A DNA stretch of 64,000 nucleotides, taken from the IMG/VR virus record IMGVR_UViG_3300010367_000012, positions 20,856 through 84,855 of that record. One strand, 5' to 3'. The stretch comes from a virus. The notes below the pieces were generated by a model. It was not told the DNA's origin and searched no databases. It was given only the letters and a program-made list of their open reading frames with translations. The first letter of the stretch is position 1, and every line of letters begins with the position of its first letter. The translations under genes were made by a program, and so were the position numbers. Shown here in pieces: positions 26,133-33,125 of this stretch.

Positions 26133-26205
26133 GGTCCCTTAGCCCAATGGCAGAGGCAACAGATTTAAACCCTGTTTAGTATCGGTTCGAGTCCGATAGG
26201 GACTA
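26133..26205 (+). tRNA. tRNA-Leu(TAA), bldA-like specificity, short variable region
   Basis: acaga-tt TAA ac-cctgt (A31:C39 mismatch); A73 discriminator; GG in D loop. Confidence 0.82.
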
Positions 26206-26218
26206 CTTTACACATCAT

Positions 26219-26299
26219 GCCGGTGTGGCGGAATGGCAGACGCGATGGTCTTAGGAACCATTGTCTTCGGGCGTGCAGGTTCGACTCCTGTCACCGGTA
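26219..26299 (+). tRNA. tRNA-Leu(TAG)
   Basis: atggt-ct TAG ga-accat; long variable arm. Confidence 0.92.
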
Positions 26300-26357
26300 C
26301 TCGCTTGACATCTACTAGCTTCAGTAGTACGCTGTTACTAACGAAGGGAGCAAGCAG

Positions 26358-26567
26358 ATGGATATTGTTACAGGAATTCTTGCTTTTCTGGGAACGGCTG
26401 GTCTTTTCGGTCTGTTCATCTTCTTCATGATCCAGAAGCAAGGCTGGAGGTTGGCACAGATTGTCGCAGGTGCTATCATGGGCATCCTGCTTGTGTCTAA
26501 CTTTCCAGGACTTCCAAATGCAGTAAATGACGGACTGACAGGTATTGTCAATTCGTTTAAGAAGTAG
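26358..26567 (+). CDS. small two-TM membrane protein
   Basis: 69 aa, AAGGGAG SD; upstream TTGACA-N17-TACGCT promoter near 26305. Confidence 0.8.
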   Translation: MDIVTGILAFLGTAGLFGLFIFFMIQKQGWRLAQIVAGAIMGILLVSNFPGLPNAVNDGLTGIVNSFKK

Positions 26568-26588
26568 TAAGATGGGCTTCGGCCCTAT

Positions 26589-26659
26589 ATGCCACTGGTG
26601 TACCGGAAGCATAACTGGCTCCAACCCAGCGGGACAAGGTTCGACTCCTTGGTGGCGTG
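26589..26659 (+). tRNA. tRNA-Trp(CCA)
   Basis: actgg-ct CCA ac-ccagc; atgccac/gtggcgt acceptor; short D arm. Confidence 0.8.
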
Positions 26660-26707
26660 CGTATAATTTGATAAATTAACAAACAGCTCTTCTTTGAAGA
26701 GCCTTAT

Positions 26708-26779
26708 TCCCCTGTAGCTCAACGGCAGAGCAGTCGACTGTTAATCGACCGGTTGTTGGTTCGAATCCAGCCGGGGGAG
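26708..26779 (+). tRNA. tRNA-Asn(GTT)
   Basis: gtcga-ct GTT aa-tcgac. Confidence 0.93.
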
Positions 26780-26804
26780 CTTGTGCCGTAAGGCACACGA
26801 GCAT

Positions 26805-26956
26805 TGACAGCGATGCGTAGTTGAGAGATACTTCATACAAGGGAAACCGCATGTGAAGGTTCAAATCCTTCCGGCCCGACTCTTCGGGACGTAGCTCAAC
26901 TGGATAGAGCAGTGGTAAATATAAAAGCACTTTCAACGCCCTTTTCTAGCTGTCAA
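26805..26956 (+). ncRNA. Y RNA 1 (YrlA-like, with permuted tRNA module)
   Basis: Terminal stem ttgacagc/gctgtcaa with CGATGCGTAG ... CGCCCTTTTCTAG; internal T arm (gaagg TTCAAAT ccttc), loop-closed acceptor-like stem, then D arm (gctc aactggata gagc). Confidence 0.85.
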
Positions 26957-26966
26957 AACAACTTAA

Positions 26967-27078
26967 TAGCCGATGCGTAGACTTGGGTTACTTCGCAACC
27001 AAATTATATGCGGCCCTTCGGTTCGATTCCAGGGTCAATGGGCTGGTGCCCTTTCCTAAGTCGCCTCTTTCTAGGCTA
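26967..27078 (+). ncRNA. Y RNA 2
   Basis: tagcCGATGCGTAG gacttggg TTACTTC ... cctaagtc GCCTCTTTCTAG gcta; internal T-arm-like GGTTCGATTCC. Confidence 0.8.
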
Positions 27079-27094
27079 ACAATTTAACAAGCTT

Positions 27095-27169
27095 TACCCG
27101 ATGTGCAGGCAACAGTTACTTCTTCAATTATGGTGAAAACAAAGCACTGTAGCCGTTTTTTCTAGGGTA
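27095..27169 (+). ncRNA. Y RNA 3 (minimal, no tRNA module)
   Basis: taccCGATGTGCAG gcaacag TTACTTC ... AAGCA ctgtagc CGTTTTTTCTAG ggta. Confidence 0.75.
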
Positions 27170-27180
27170 TTTATTTTTAC

Positions 27181-27328
27181 GAGTTCCGATGCGTAGTTGG
27201 GGAGTTACTTCTAATTTCCTGCTAAGAAAAAGTTACGGGTTCGAATCCCGTTGCGTCCACTCCTGGGCGTATGGTGTAATTGGCAACACTAAAGAAACCA
27301 CGCTTCACGACGCCTTTTCTAGGAACTC
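27181..27328 (+). ncRNA. Y RNA 4 (YrlA-like, with permuted tRNA module)
   Basis: gagttcCGATGCGTAG ... CGCCTTTTCTAG gaactc; anticodon-like hairpin, T arm acggg TTCGAAT cccgt, closed acceptor-like stem, D arm gtg taattggcaa cac. Confidence 0.85.
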
Positions 27329-27338
27329 AATTTTTGAT

Positions 27339-27372
27339 ACCCTCCGTATTCCGATACTGGAGGGTTTTATTT
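27339..27372 (+). terminator. intrinsic terminator between the Y RNA array and the TROVE gene
   Basis: accctcc-gtattccgatac-tggagggt followed by tttatttt. Confidence 0.6.
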
Positions 27373-27405
27373 TAACTAATGGCGTACCACAACAAGGAGG
27401 ATGGA

Positions 27406-28986
27406 ATGGCTAAGTTCAACAAGACTGTAAAGACTGGTGTTACTTCCCCAGTAAAGTCCGCTAAGACTGCTCTCAATGAGTCTTTCAAGATGGGCTATGA
27501 GCGTGAGAAGAAGAGTGAGCTGTTCCTTCTTGCCGTTTCTAACTTCGTGGGTCAGGACACTTTCTATGAGAGTGCCCAGAAGCGTGATGACCGATTCGCT
27601 AGCCTTGTTCGTGAGGTTGCGGTTCAGGATCAGGCTTGGATCACCGGTTTCGTCAAGTGGCTTCGTAATGATGCCTTCATGCGCTCTGCGTCCATCGTAG
27701 CGGCTGCTGAGGGTGCCAAGGCACTTCTTGACGCAGGAACCATGAACGGCTCTCCTAGGGGCCTTGTAGCGGCTTCTCTAGCCCGTGCTGACGAGCCTGG
27801 TGAGTTCCTGGCGTACTGGACCAACAAGTTTGGCAAGAGTATCCCTGCTTCTGTAAAGAAGGGTGTTGCTGACGGAGCAAAGCGTCTCTACAACGAGTAT
27901 GGTTTGCTTAAGTACGACACCGATTCCAAGGGATTCCGCTTTGCTGACGTCATTCAGTTGACTCACGCTAAGGCTGGAAATGCTACTCAGAACTCTTTGT
28001 TCAAGTATGCTCTTGACCGCCGTTACGGAAATGACGCTGTTCCTGCTGAGTTGAACATGGTGAGCACTCGTGCTAACCTGATGTCTGCTCCTGTAGAGAA
28101 GCGTAAGGCTCTCATTGGTACTGCTGTTGGTCGAGACACGCTCAAGACTGCTGGTATTACCTGGGAAGCTCTTTCCGGATGGCTTCAGGGTCCGATGGAT
28201 AAGCAGGCTTGGGAAGCTGTTATTCCTAACATGGGTTACATGGCATTGCTGCGTAATCTCCGCAACTTCGTAGAGGCTGGTGTATCCAATGAGGTTCTTA
28301 AGGGCGTACTGGCAACACTGTCTGACGCTGGGCAGGTTTCTCGAAGCAAGCAGTTCCCATTCCGATTCCTTGCGGCCTATCAGGCTAACAAGGGAAATCT
28401 GAAGATTGCTGCTGCTCTTGAGGAAGCACTTGAGCACTCCCTTAGCAATGTTCCGTCTCTGACTGGACGTACGCTAATCCTGGTTGACCGCTCAGGTTCT
28501 ATGTTTCAGACTCACCAGAATGACCGTGAGTTGACCATGGCTGATAAGGCTGCTATCTTCGGTTCTGCGCTTGCGCTTCGTGCTGAGGATGCTGACTTGG
28601 TTCAGTTCGGTTCTGCATGGGGTGGACGTAAGCCTTACGAGGCTGTAAACTTCCGTCAGGGAGATTCACTGCTTCCTATGCTTGACAAGTTCCGTGACAT
28701 GGGTGGAACTGACACTCAGGGTGCCGTTCGCGGTAGCTTCAAGGGTCATGACCGCGTTATCATCATCACTGATGAGCAGTACAACGGTTACGGTGGCGAT
28801 CCTCTTTCTGCTGTTCCTGTGAACACTCCGGTGTACACCTGGAACTTGGAAGGGTATCGTGTCGGTCAGAGTCAGTCTGGTTCTAAGAAGCGTCACACCT
28901 TCGGTGGACTTACTGACAAGGGATTCGAGATGATTCCTCTCATCGAGATGGGTCAGTCTCAGAAGTGGCCTTGGGAGAAGAAGTGA
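27406..28986 (+). CDS. rsr: Ro60/Rsr TROVE-domain + vWA ribonucleoprotein
   Basis: ELFLLAVSNF..QDTFYES, LRNDAFMRS, LLKYD, DVIQLTHAK, TWEALSG, MGYMALLRNLRN, SKQFPFRFLAAY, LILVDRSGSM (MIDAS), IIITDEQ, WNLEGY; AAGGAGG SD before ATG 27406. Confidence 0.93.
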   Translation: MAKFNKTVKTGVTSPVKSAKTALNESFKMGYEREKKSELFLLAVSNFVGQDTFYESAQKRDDRFASLVREVAVQDQAWITGFVKWLRNDAFMRSASIVAAAEGAKALLDAGTMNGSPRGLVAASLARADEPGEFLAYWTNKFGKSIPASVKKGVADGAKRLYNEYGLLKYDTDSKGFRFADVIQLTHAKAGNATQNSLFKYALDRRYGNDAVPAELNMVSTRANLMSAPVEKRKALIGTAVGRDTLKTAGITWEALSGWLQGPMDKQAWEAVIPNMGYMALLRNLRNFVEAGVSNEVLKGVLATLSDAGQVSRSKQFPFRFLAAYQANKGNLKIAAALEEALEHSLSNVPSLTGRTLILVDRSGSMFQTHQNDRELTMADKAAIFGSALALRAEDADLVQFGSAWGGRKPYEAVNFRQGDSLLPMLDKFRDMGGTDTQGAVRGSFKGHDRVIIITDEQYNGYGGDPLSAVPVNTPVYTWNLEGYRVGQSQSGSKKRHTFGGLTDKGFEMIPLIEMGQSQKWPWEKK

Positions 28987-29128
28987 GTTGGTTTTGTATC
29001 TGGTGTAGAAACTGGGTTCCTTTCCCAAGGAACACCTGTCATCTATGCGGTAGACCAAAACCCATCAGTTGATTGGCAGAGTAAAATCTGCTAAGCTAGT
29101 AGTTCTACGGGGTAACTCGTAGAACAAT

Positions 29129-29199
29129 GGGGCCATCGTTCAATGGTAGGACACCTGTTTTGCAAGCAGGTAATCGGGGTTCGACTCCCCGTGGCTCCA
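29129..29199 (+). tRNA. tRNA-Ala(TGC)
   Basis: cctgt-tt TGC aa-gcagg; G3:U70. Confidence 0.92.
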
Positions 29200-29294
29200 C
29201 ATCGCAAATCCTGAGAGCGGGCTAAACCGGTTACGCCCTTAAGGGATGATTCCAGAGATGGTGACTACACTGGATTAACAAAGTAGTCACACCT

Positions 29295-29367
29295 GCTCCG
29301 GTAGCTCAGTTGGCAGAGCAGCGGACTCTTAATCCGCGTGTCCTCGGTTCAAGTCCGAGTCGGAGTA
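29295..29367 (+). tRNA. tRNA-Lys(CTT)
   Basis: gcgga-ct CTT aa-tccgc. Confidence 0.93.
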
Positions 29368-29503
29368 CAGTGTAGCTAGGAAGGGCTCTACAGCTTTGTA
29401 CTGCATTCCCCCTACCAGGCAGCGTGCGCACCTGTCCTGGCCATAGCAGTCCTCTATGCGGTTCTTGGAGAAGGCACAATGGTGCAACCTCATGGACTTT
29501 TTT

Positions 29504-29576
29504 GATTCATTAGCTCAGTTGGCAGAGCAGCAGACTTTTAATCTGAAGCGCCTCGGTTCGAGTCCGAGATGAATCA
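29504..29576 (+). tRNA. tRNA-Lys(TTT)
   Basis: gcaga-ct TTT aa-tctga. Confidence 0.9.
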
Positions 29577-29596
29577 CTTTACAATTAGGAGGAAAG

Positions 29597-30187
29597 ATGG
29601 CAGTACAACCAGGAGACTTTGGTCTAGTATCCATTAAGGGCGGAGTCGGATTATTAATCCGAATCGGTCAGTTTTTGAATGGAGATGGCTTCCGTGATTA
29701 CGAACACGCCTTTATTTATATGGGTGATGGTAAGATCGTTGAAGCTGAGCCTGGTGGTGCCCTTATTTCCGACTTGTCTGAGTATGATGGTCGTCCAATT
29801 ATCTGGTCTAGTGGACTTGTTCCCTTGACAGATGAGCAGCGCAACCTTATTGTTCAGTCAGCACTGGCGCAGGAAGGAACGCCTTACAGCTTCCTTGACT
29901 ACCTAGCCATTGCGTTGTATCGTCTCGGTATCAAGCATCCGGGTGTGGCACAGCGTGTTGAGAGTTCGAAGCACTTGATTTGCTCTCAGCTAGTTGCGCT
30001 AGACTATGAACATGCTGGTATACCGTTGACAGACTTACCACCGTATCTTGTGACTCCTGGCAAACTGACCAACTACTTGCTAAGACTCAAGGGATACGCT
30101 AAGCTAGCCAAGCAAGTACAGCACAGCGGAAGAAACAGTGTAAACATTCAAGCCGCAGGAGATATAAGCATTGGCAGTATTCGCTAA
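29597..30187 (+). CDS. permuted papain-like amidase (YaeF/YiiX, NlpC/P60 superfamily)
   Basis: QPGD, HAFIY (His before Cys), EAE, GTPYSF, ICSQLV, VTPG. Confidence 0.85.
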   Translation: MAVQPGDFGLVSIKGGVGLLIRIGQFLNGDGFRDYEHAFIYMGDGKIVEAEPGGALISDLSEYDGRPIIWSSGLVPLTDEQRNLIVQSALAQEGTPYSFLDYLAIALYRLGIKHPGVAQRVESSKHLICSQLVALDYEHAGIPLTDLPPYLVTPGKLTNYLLRLKGYAKLAKQVQHSGRNSVNIQAAGDISIGSIR

Positions 30188-30317
30188 CATAGATAACATT
30201 CGATGGTTCTTTCTCTGTAAGAAATGCAAGCCACAACTAACGTCAGATAACTATCCGACAAAAGATAGGGCTGAAGCAGCAGAGCAAAAGCACATTAGAA
30301 TAAAGCACGCAAAGTAA
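30171..30317 (+). CDS. small C2H2-type Zn-finger protein (48 aa, missed by the ORF track)
   Basis: TTG start after GGAG; ...CKKCK...KHIRIKH. Confidence 0.55.
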   Translation: MAVFANIDNIRWFFLCKKCKPQLTSDNYPTKDRAEAAEQKHIRIKHAK

Positions 30318-30320
30318 CAT

Positions 30321-30393
30321 GCGTCTGTAGCTCAATGGATAGAGCATCTGACTACGGATCAGAAGGTTGGGGGTTCGAATCCCTCCAGGCGCA
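30321..30393 (+). tRNA. tRNA-Arg(ACG)
   Basis: tctga-ct ACG ga-tcaga. Confidence 0.94.
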
Positions 30394-30503
30394 CAGGGAA
30401 ATCTAAACCATGTTGAAACACACCCTATAAAGTCTTAACACATGGGAGATCCGCCAGAGTCTCTGATATCTGGCATTTTCATACCTAAAACACGGAGGCA
30501 ACC

Positions 30504-31286
30504 ATGTTTGGTCGTAAGAAGAAGACGAACGATTCGCTTACGGTTCTCAAGAGCATTACTCTTCAGAATCAGGCTAACTTTCAGCAGGTTTCGCTTGATA
30601 AGTCTCACGTTTCTCTTGTGAAGACTCAGGAGGCTGCTAAGGTTTCGCTTACTAAGCGAGGAATGGCAGGAAAGAAGTTTGCAGTCGGCATTATCGTGGA
30701 TAACTCTGGTTCTATGGGTCCGTGGGGATTCAATTTCTACAACAAGGGTTATGTGCAGACGCTGACTGAGTTTGCTCTGGGCTATGCCTTTGAGGTGGAC
30801 ACGGATGGTCTGATCCCGGTTGGTGTCTTTGGAGATGGCTTCCAGTGGGCTTCTGAGGACCTTACACAGGACAACTACAAGGGTTTCGTAGCCTCTCAGG
30901 GCTGGAACGGCAACGGTGGCGGTACGAACACTGGTGGCGCTCTGGAGAAGGTTCAGGAGCTGTTTGACCACTCTGAGGATCTTAACCTCATTATCGTTGT
31001 TACTGACGGTATGCCGAATAGCAAGTCGCACGTTATTCAGCAGCTTGAGCTTATGTCTCGTAAGCCTTATGTTGTCAAGTGGCTTATTGTTGGTGATGAC
31101 GCTGAGGCACTGAAGTTCGGTAAGCACATTGACGATAACCTTGCTGGTCTTGTTGACAATGTTGACACCAAGAACTACACTGGTAAGGACCTTGCAAAGC
31201 TGACTCCTGAGAAGTTTGCTGAGGACATGTCCGACGAGCTTGACACGTATGAGGTTGCAGCAAGGGACAAGGGTATTCTTAAGTAA
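30504..31286 (+). CDS. vWA-domain protein (Ter stress-cluster type)
   Basis: IIVDNSGSM MIDAS, DTDG.IPV..F, GGGTN, IVVTDG; GGAGG SD. Confidence 0.85.
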   Translation: MFGRKKKTNDSLTVLKSITLQNQANFQQVSLDKSHVSLVKTQEAAKVSLTKRGMAGKKFAVGIIVDNSGSMGPWGFNFYNKGYVQTLTEFALGYAFEVDTDGLIPVGVFGDGFQWASEDLTQDNYKGFVASQGWNGNGGGTNTGGALEKVQELFDHSEDLNLIIVVTDGMPNSKSHVIQQLELMSRKPYVVKWLIVGDDAEALKFGKHIDDNLAGLVDNVDTKNYTGKDLAKLTPEKFAEDMSDELDTYEVAARDKGILK

Positions 31287-31295
31287 GGAGTATTT

Positions 31296-31808
31296 ATGTC
31301 ACGTACTCGTAAAGATCGTCCATACTGGGTTATGAAGAATGATCCTGAGATGGACCGATATGCACGACACGATCATTTGGTTACTCTTCGAGAGCAAGTC
31401 GGAGAAGAGCCTGTTTACCGCAATGTCCTGGATAAGGATGGCTGGCACTGGAAAGAAGAAGTCTTGTACATGAGACCTATCTTCCGTACCTGGACAGAGA
31501 CTGTCGATTGCACTCTTGACATCCCTGAAGAGCCTGTGTCAGTATGGAGACGTAAGACCCTCAAGGGTAAGACCAACGAAGATCGACTTGCTGAGAAGAA
31601 TTGCTTCCACTGGTTGGAATACTATCCAAATACCAGAAGCAGCAAGGACTTCAAGCAGTTGACAAACGGGGCCGTACGCTCTAAGGTTAGACAACAGCTA
31701 CACAGCGCGGTACGTGATTACGGTACTTATTGGGAAGACGACGACTGGTACGATGTTGATGTCTTCGTAGACAGCAAGCACGCTAGTAACGGATGGTGGG
31801 ATTGGTAA
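31296..31808 (+). CDS. hypothetical protein
   Basis: 170 aa, AAGGAG SD; MSRTRKDRP N-terminus. Confidence 0.8.
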   Translation: MSRTRKDRPYWVMKNDPEMDRYARHDHLVTLREQVGEEPVYRNVLDKDGWHWKEEVLYMRPIFRTWTETVDCTLDIPEEPVSVWRRKTLKGKTNEDRLAEKNCFHWLEYYPNTRSSKDFKQLTNGAVRSKVRQQLHSAVRDYGTYWEDDDWYDVDVFVDSKHASNGWWDW

Positions 31809-31957
31809 TGGCAGCAAAGGTGAACACTAAGGTCACTTTGCCCAGCGGTAAAAAGGGAGTTGTAACTACTCCTCCTACTGGAACACCTGGTAAGGAAACT
31901 CAGGAAGTCTGGGTTAAGCCTGGAGAGTCTTACCGAGTCCCTGCGAAGGACTTGTAG
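31808..31957 (+). CDS. small SH3-like protein (49 aa, missed by the ORF track)
   Basis: MAAKVNTKVTLPSGKKGVVTTPPTGTPGKETQEVWVKPGESYRVPAKDL; TAATG coupling. Confidence 0.65.
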   Translation: MAAKVNTKVTLPSGKKGVVTTPPTGTPGKETQEVWVKPGESYRVPAKDL

Positions 31958-32023
31958 TAAAATTGGGGGATACGGGTAGACGCAGCCGCCGTATCTTAAA
32001 TGAAGCAGGGACTCGCCCCACTT

Positions 32024-32096
32024 GCTCCAGTAGCTCAGCGGATAGAGCAATCGCCTTCTAAGCGATAGGTCGCAGGTTCGAATCCTGCCTGGAGCA
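32024..32096 (+). tRNA. tRNA-Arg(TCT)
   Basis: atcgc-ct TCT aa-gcgat. Confidence 0.94.
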
Positions 32097-32120
32097 CGCC
32101 GTATCTTACAAGGAGGAATA

Positions 32121-32321
32121 ATGGCTGATAGTAAGAAGCTCAAGCGTGGAGATCGCGTCAAGACGGCTGTTGGTGAGGGTACTGTCACCTGGACAGAAAG
32201 CTCAACTGGTCGGTTTGTCGTTGATAACTATCCTCACGCATTGTCTTCTGGGGATCTGCGAGAAGTTGTCAAAGAGCCTGAATCTGGAAAGAAGAAGGGT
32301 TTGTTCGGCCGTAAGAAGTAA
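32121..32321 (+). CDS. small SH3/KOW-like protein
   Basis: LKRGDRVKTAVGEGTVTW; GGAGG SD. Confidence 0.75.
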   Translation: MADSKKLKRGDRVKTAVGEGTVTWTESSTGRFVVDNYPHALSSGDLREVVKEPESGKKKGLFGRKK

Positions 32322-32353
32322 GCTATACTTGTACAACGCCCTTCGGGGCACTT

Positions 32354-32424
32354 GCCCGATTAGGTTAATGGGAGACCAGTAGTTTTACACACTACATGCG
32401 GGGGTTCGATTCCCTCATCGGGTA
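32354..32424 (+). tRNA. tRNA-Val(TAC)
   Basis: gtagt-tt TAC ac-actac. Confidence 0.88.
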
Positions 32425-32515
32425 CGTGAAACCAAAAACACCAAAGCCCTATCCAGGGCCTAATAATCCGAAACCACCGAGTGGTCCTAGACCACCTTAT
32501 AGAACTTAATACAAT

Positions 32516-32593
32516 GGGGCTGGAAGGTTTCGACGTTGGCGAAAGCCGCACGCGGAGCACCAGCGGACCTGGGTTCGATTCCCAGCAGCTCCA
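32516..32593 (+). ncRNA. mini-tmRNA: tRNA-like domain only, no tag reading frame
   Basis: 5' GGGGCTG-GAAGGTTTCGAC and 3' GGAC-CTGGG-TTCGATT-CCCAG-CAGCTCC-A are tmRNA end signatures; G3:U70; P2 cgttgg/ccagcg closes only about 20 nt. Confidence 0.8.
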
Positions 32594-32595
32594 CT

Positions 32596-32672
32596 GGTGC
32601 CGGACCTAGATCACATGGCGTGGTAGCGCTCTGCAAAAGCGTTGGTTCGGGGTTCGATTCCCCTCGGTACCT
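32596..32672 (+). tRNA. tRNA-Cys(GCA)
   Basis: gcgct-ct GCA aa-agcgt; U73; atypical D arm. Confidence 0.8.
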
Positions 32673-32676
32673 CTTT

Positions 32677-32762
32677 GGAAACTTGGCTGAGATGGCTTAA
32701 GGTGCTCGACTGCTAATCGAGTGAAGGTAACACTTCCACGGGTTCGAATCCCGTAGTTTCCG
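32677..32762 (+). tRNA. tRNA-Ser(GCT)
   Basis: ctcga-ct GCT aa-tcgag; long variable arm; G73. Confidence 0.92.
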
Positions 32763-32767
32763 CGCAT

Positions 32768-32851
32768 GGAAGGGAAGCAAATGGTTAGCGGCTACGCTGG
32801 AAACGTAGTGAGGGTTTACCGCCCGAGCGGGTTCGATTCCCGTCCCTTCCG
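32768..32851 (+). tRNA. tRNA-Ser(GGA)
   Basis: ctacg-ct GGA aa-cgtag; long variable arm. Confidence 0.9.
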
Positions 32852-32949
32852 CAGCACTTGGCAGTGCAACCCTATGTGGTCTGCCTTTTATCGCGGTCTG
32901 GCCTAACGCCAGGGGCTCCGGTACTAAAACAAAATCAGTAGGGCACAAT

Positions 32950-33033
32950 GGAGGAACTAACATCGGTGGCGTGGCACGGTCTTGAAAACCGTACGGTGTA
33001 AAAGCCGTGGGGGTTCGAATCCCTCTTCCTCCG
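32950..33033 (+). tRNA. tRNA-Ser(TGA)
   Basis: acggt-ct TGA aa-accgt; long variable arm. Confidence 0.88.
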
Positions 33034-33037
33034 CTTT

Positions 33038-33112
33038 GCTCCTGTGGCCAAGTTTGGTGAAGGCAGCACTCTTATAAGGTGAAGATCGTCAGTTCAAATC
33101 TGACCAGGAGTA
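33038..33112 (+). tRNA. tRNA-Ile(TAT)
   Basis: gcact-ct TAT aa-ggtga; A73; canonical D and T arms. Confidence 0.82.
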
Positions 33113-33125
33113 CGTTAGGGAGACA

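Noticed and set aside
26805-27328. Extra standard tRNA genes, or a CRISPR-like repeat array
   Set aside because: T arms precede D arms (permuted order), acceptor stems are closed by loops, and the repeats are covarying structural frames, not identical direct repeats.
27379-27405. Upstream ATG 27379 as the TROVE start
   Set aside because: A strong AAGGAGG SD at 27394-27400 points to ATG 27406; 27379 has no SD and sits just after the terminator.
32516-32593. Ordinary tRNA-Ala, or an attP-derived ssrA fragment
   Set aside because: It has no D stem or anticodon arm, has tmRNA-specific GAC/GGAC linkers, and includes both tmRNA ends, whereas attP remnants carry only the 3' end.
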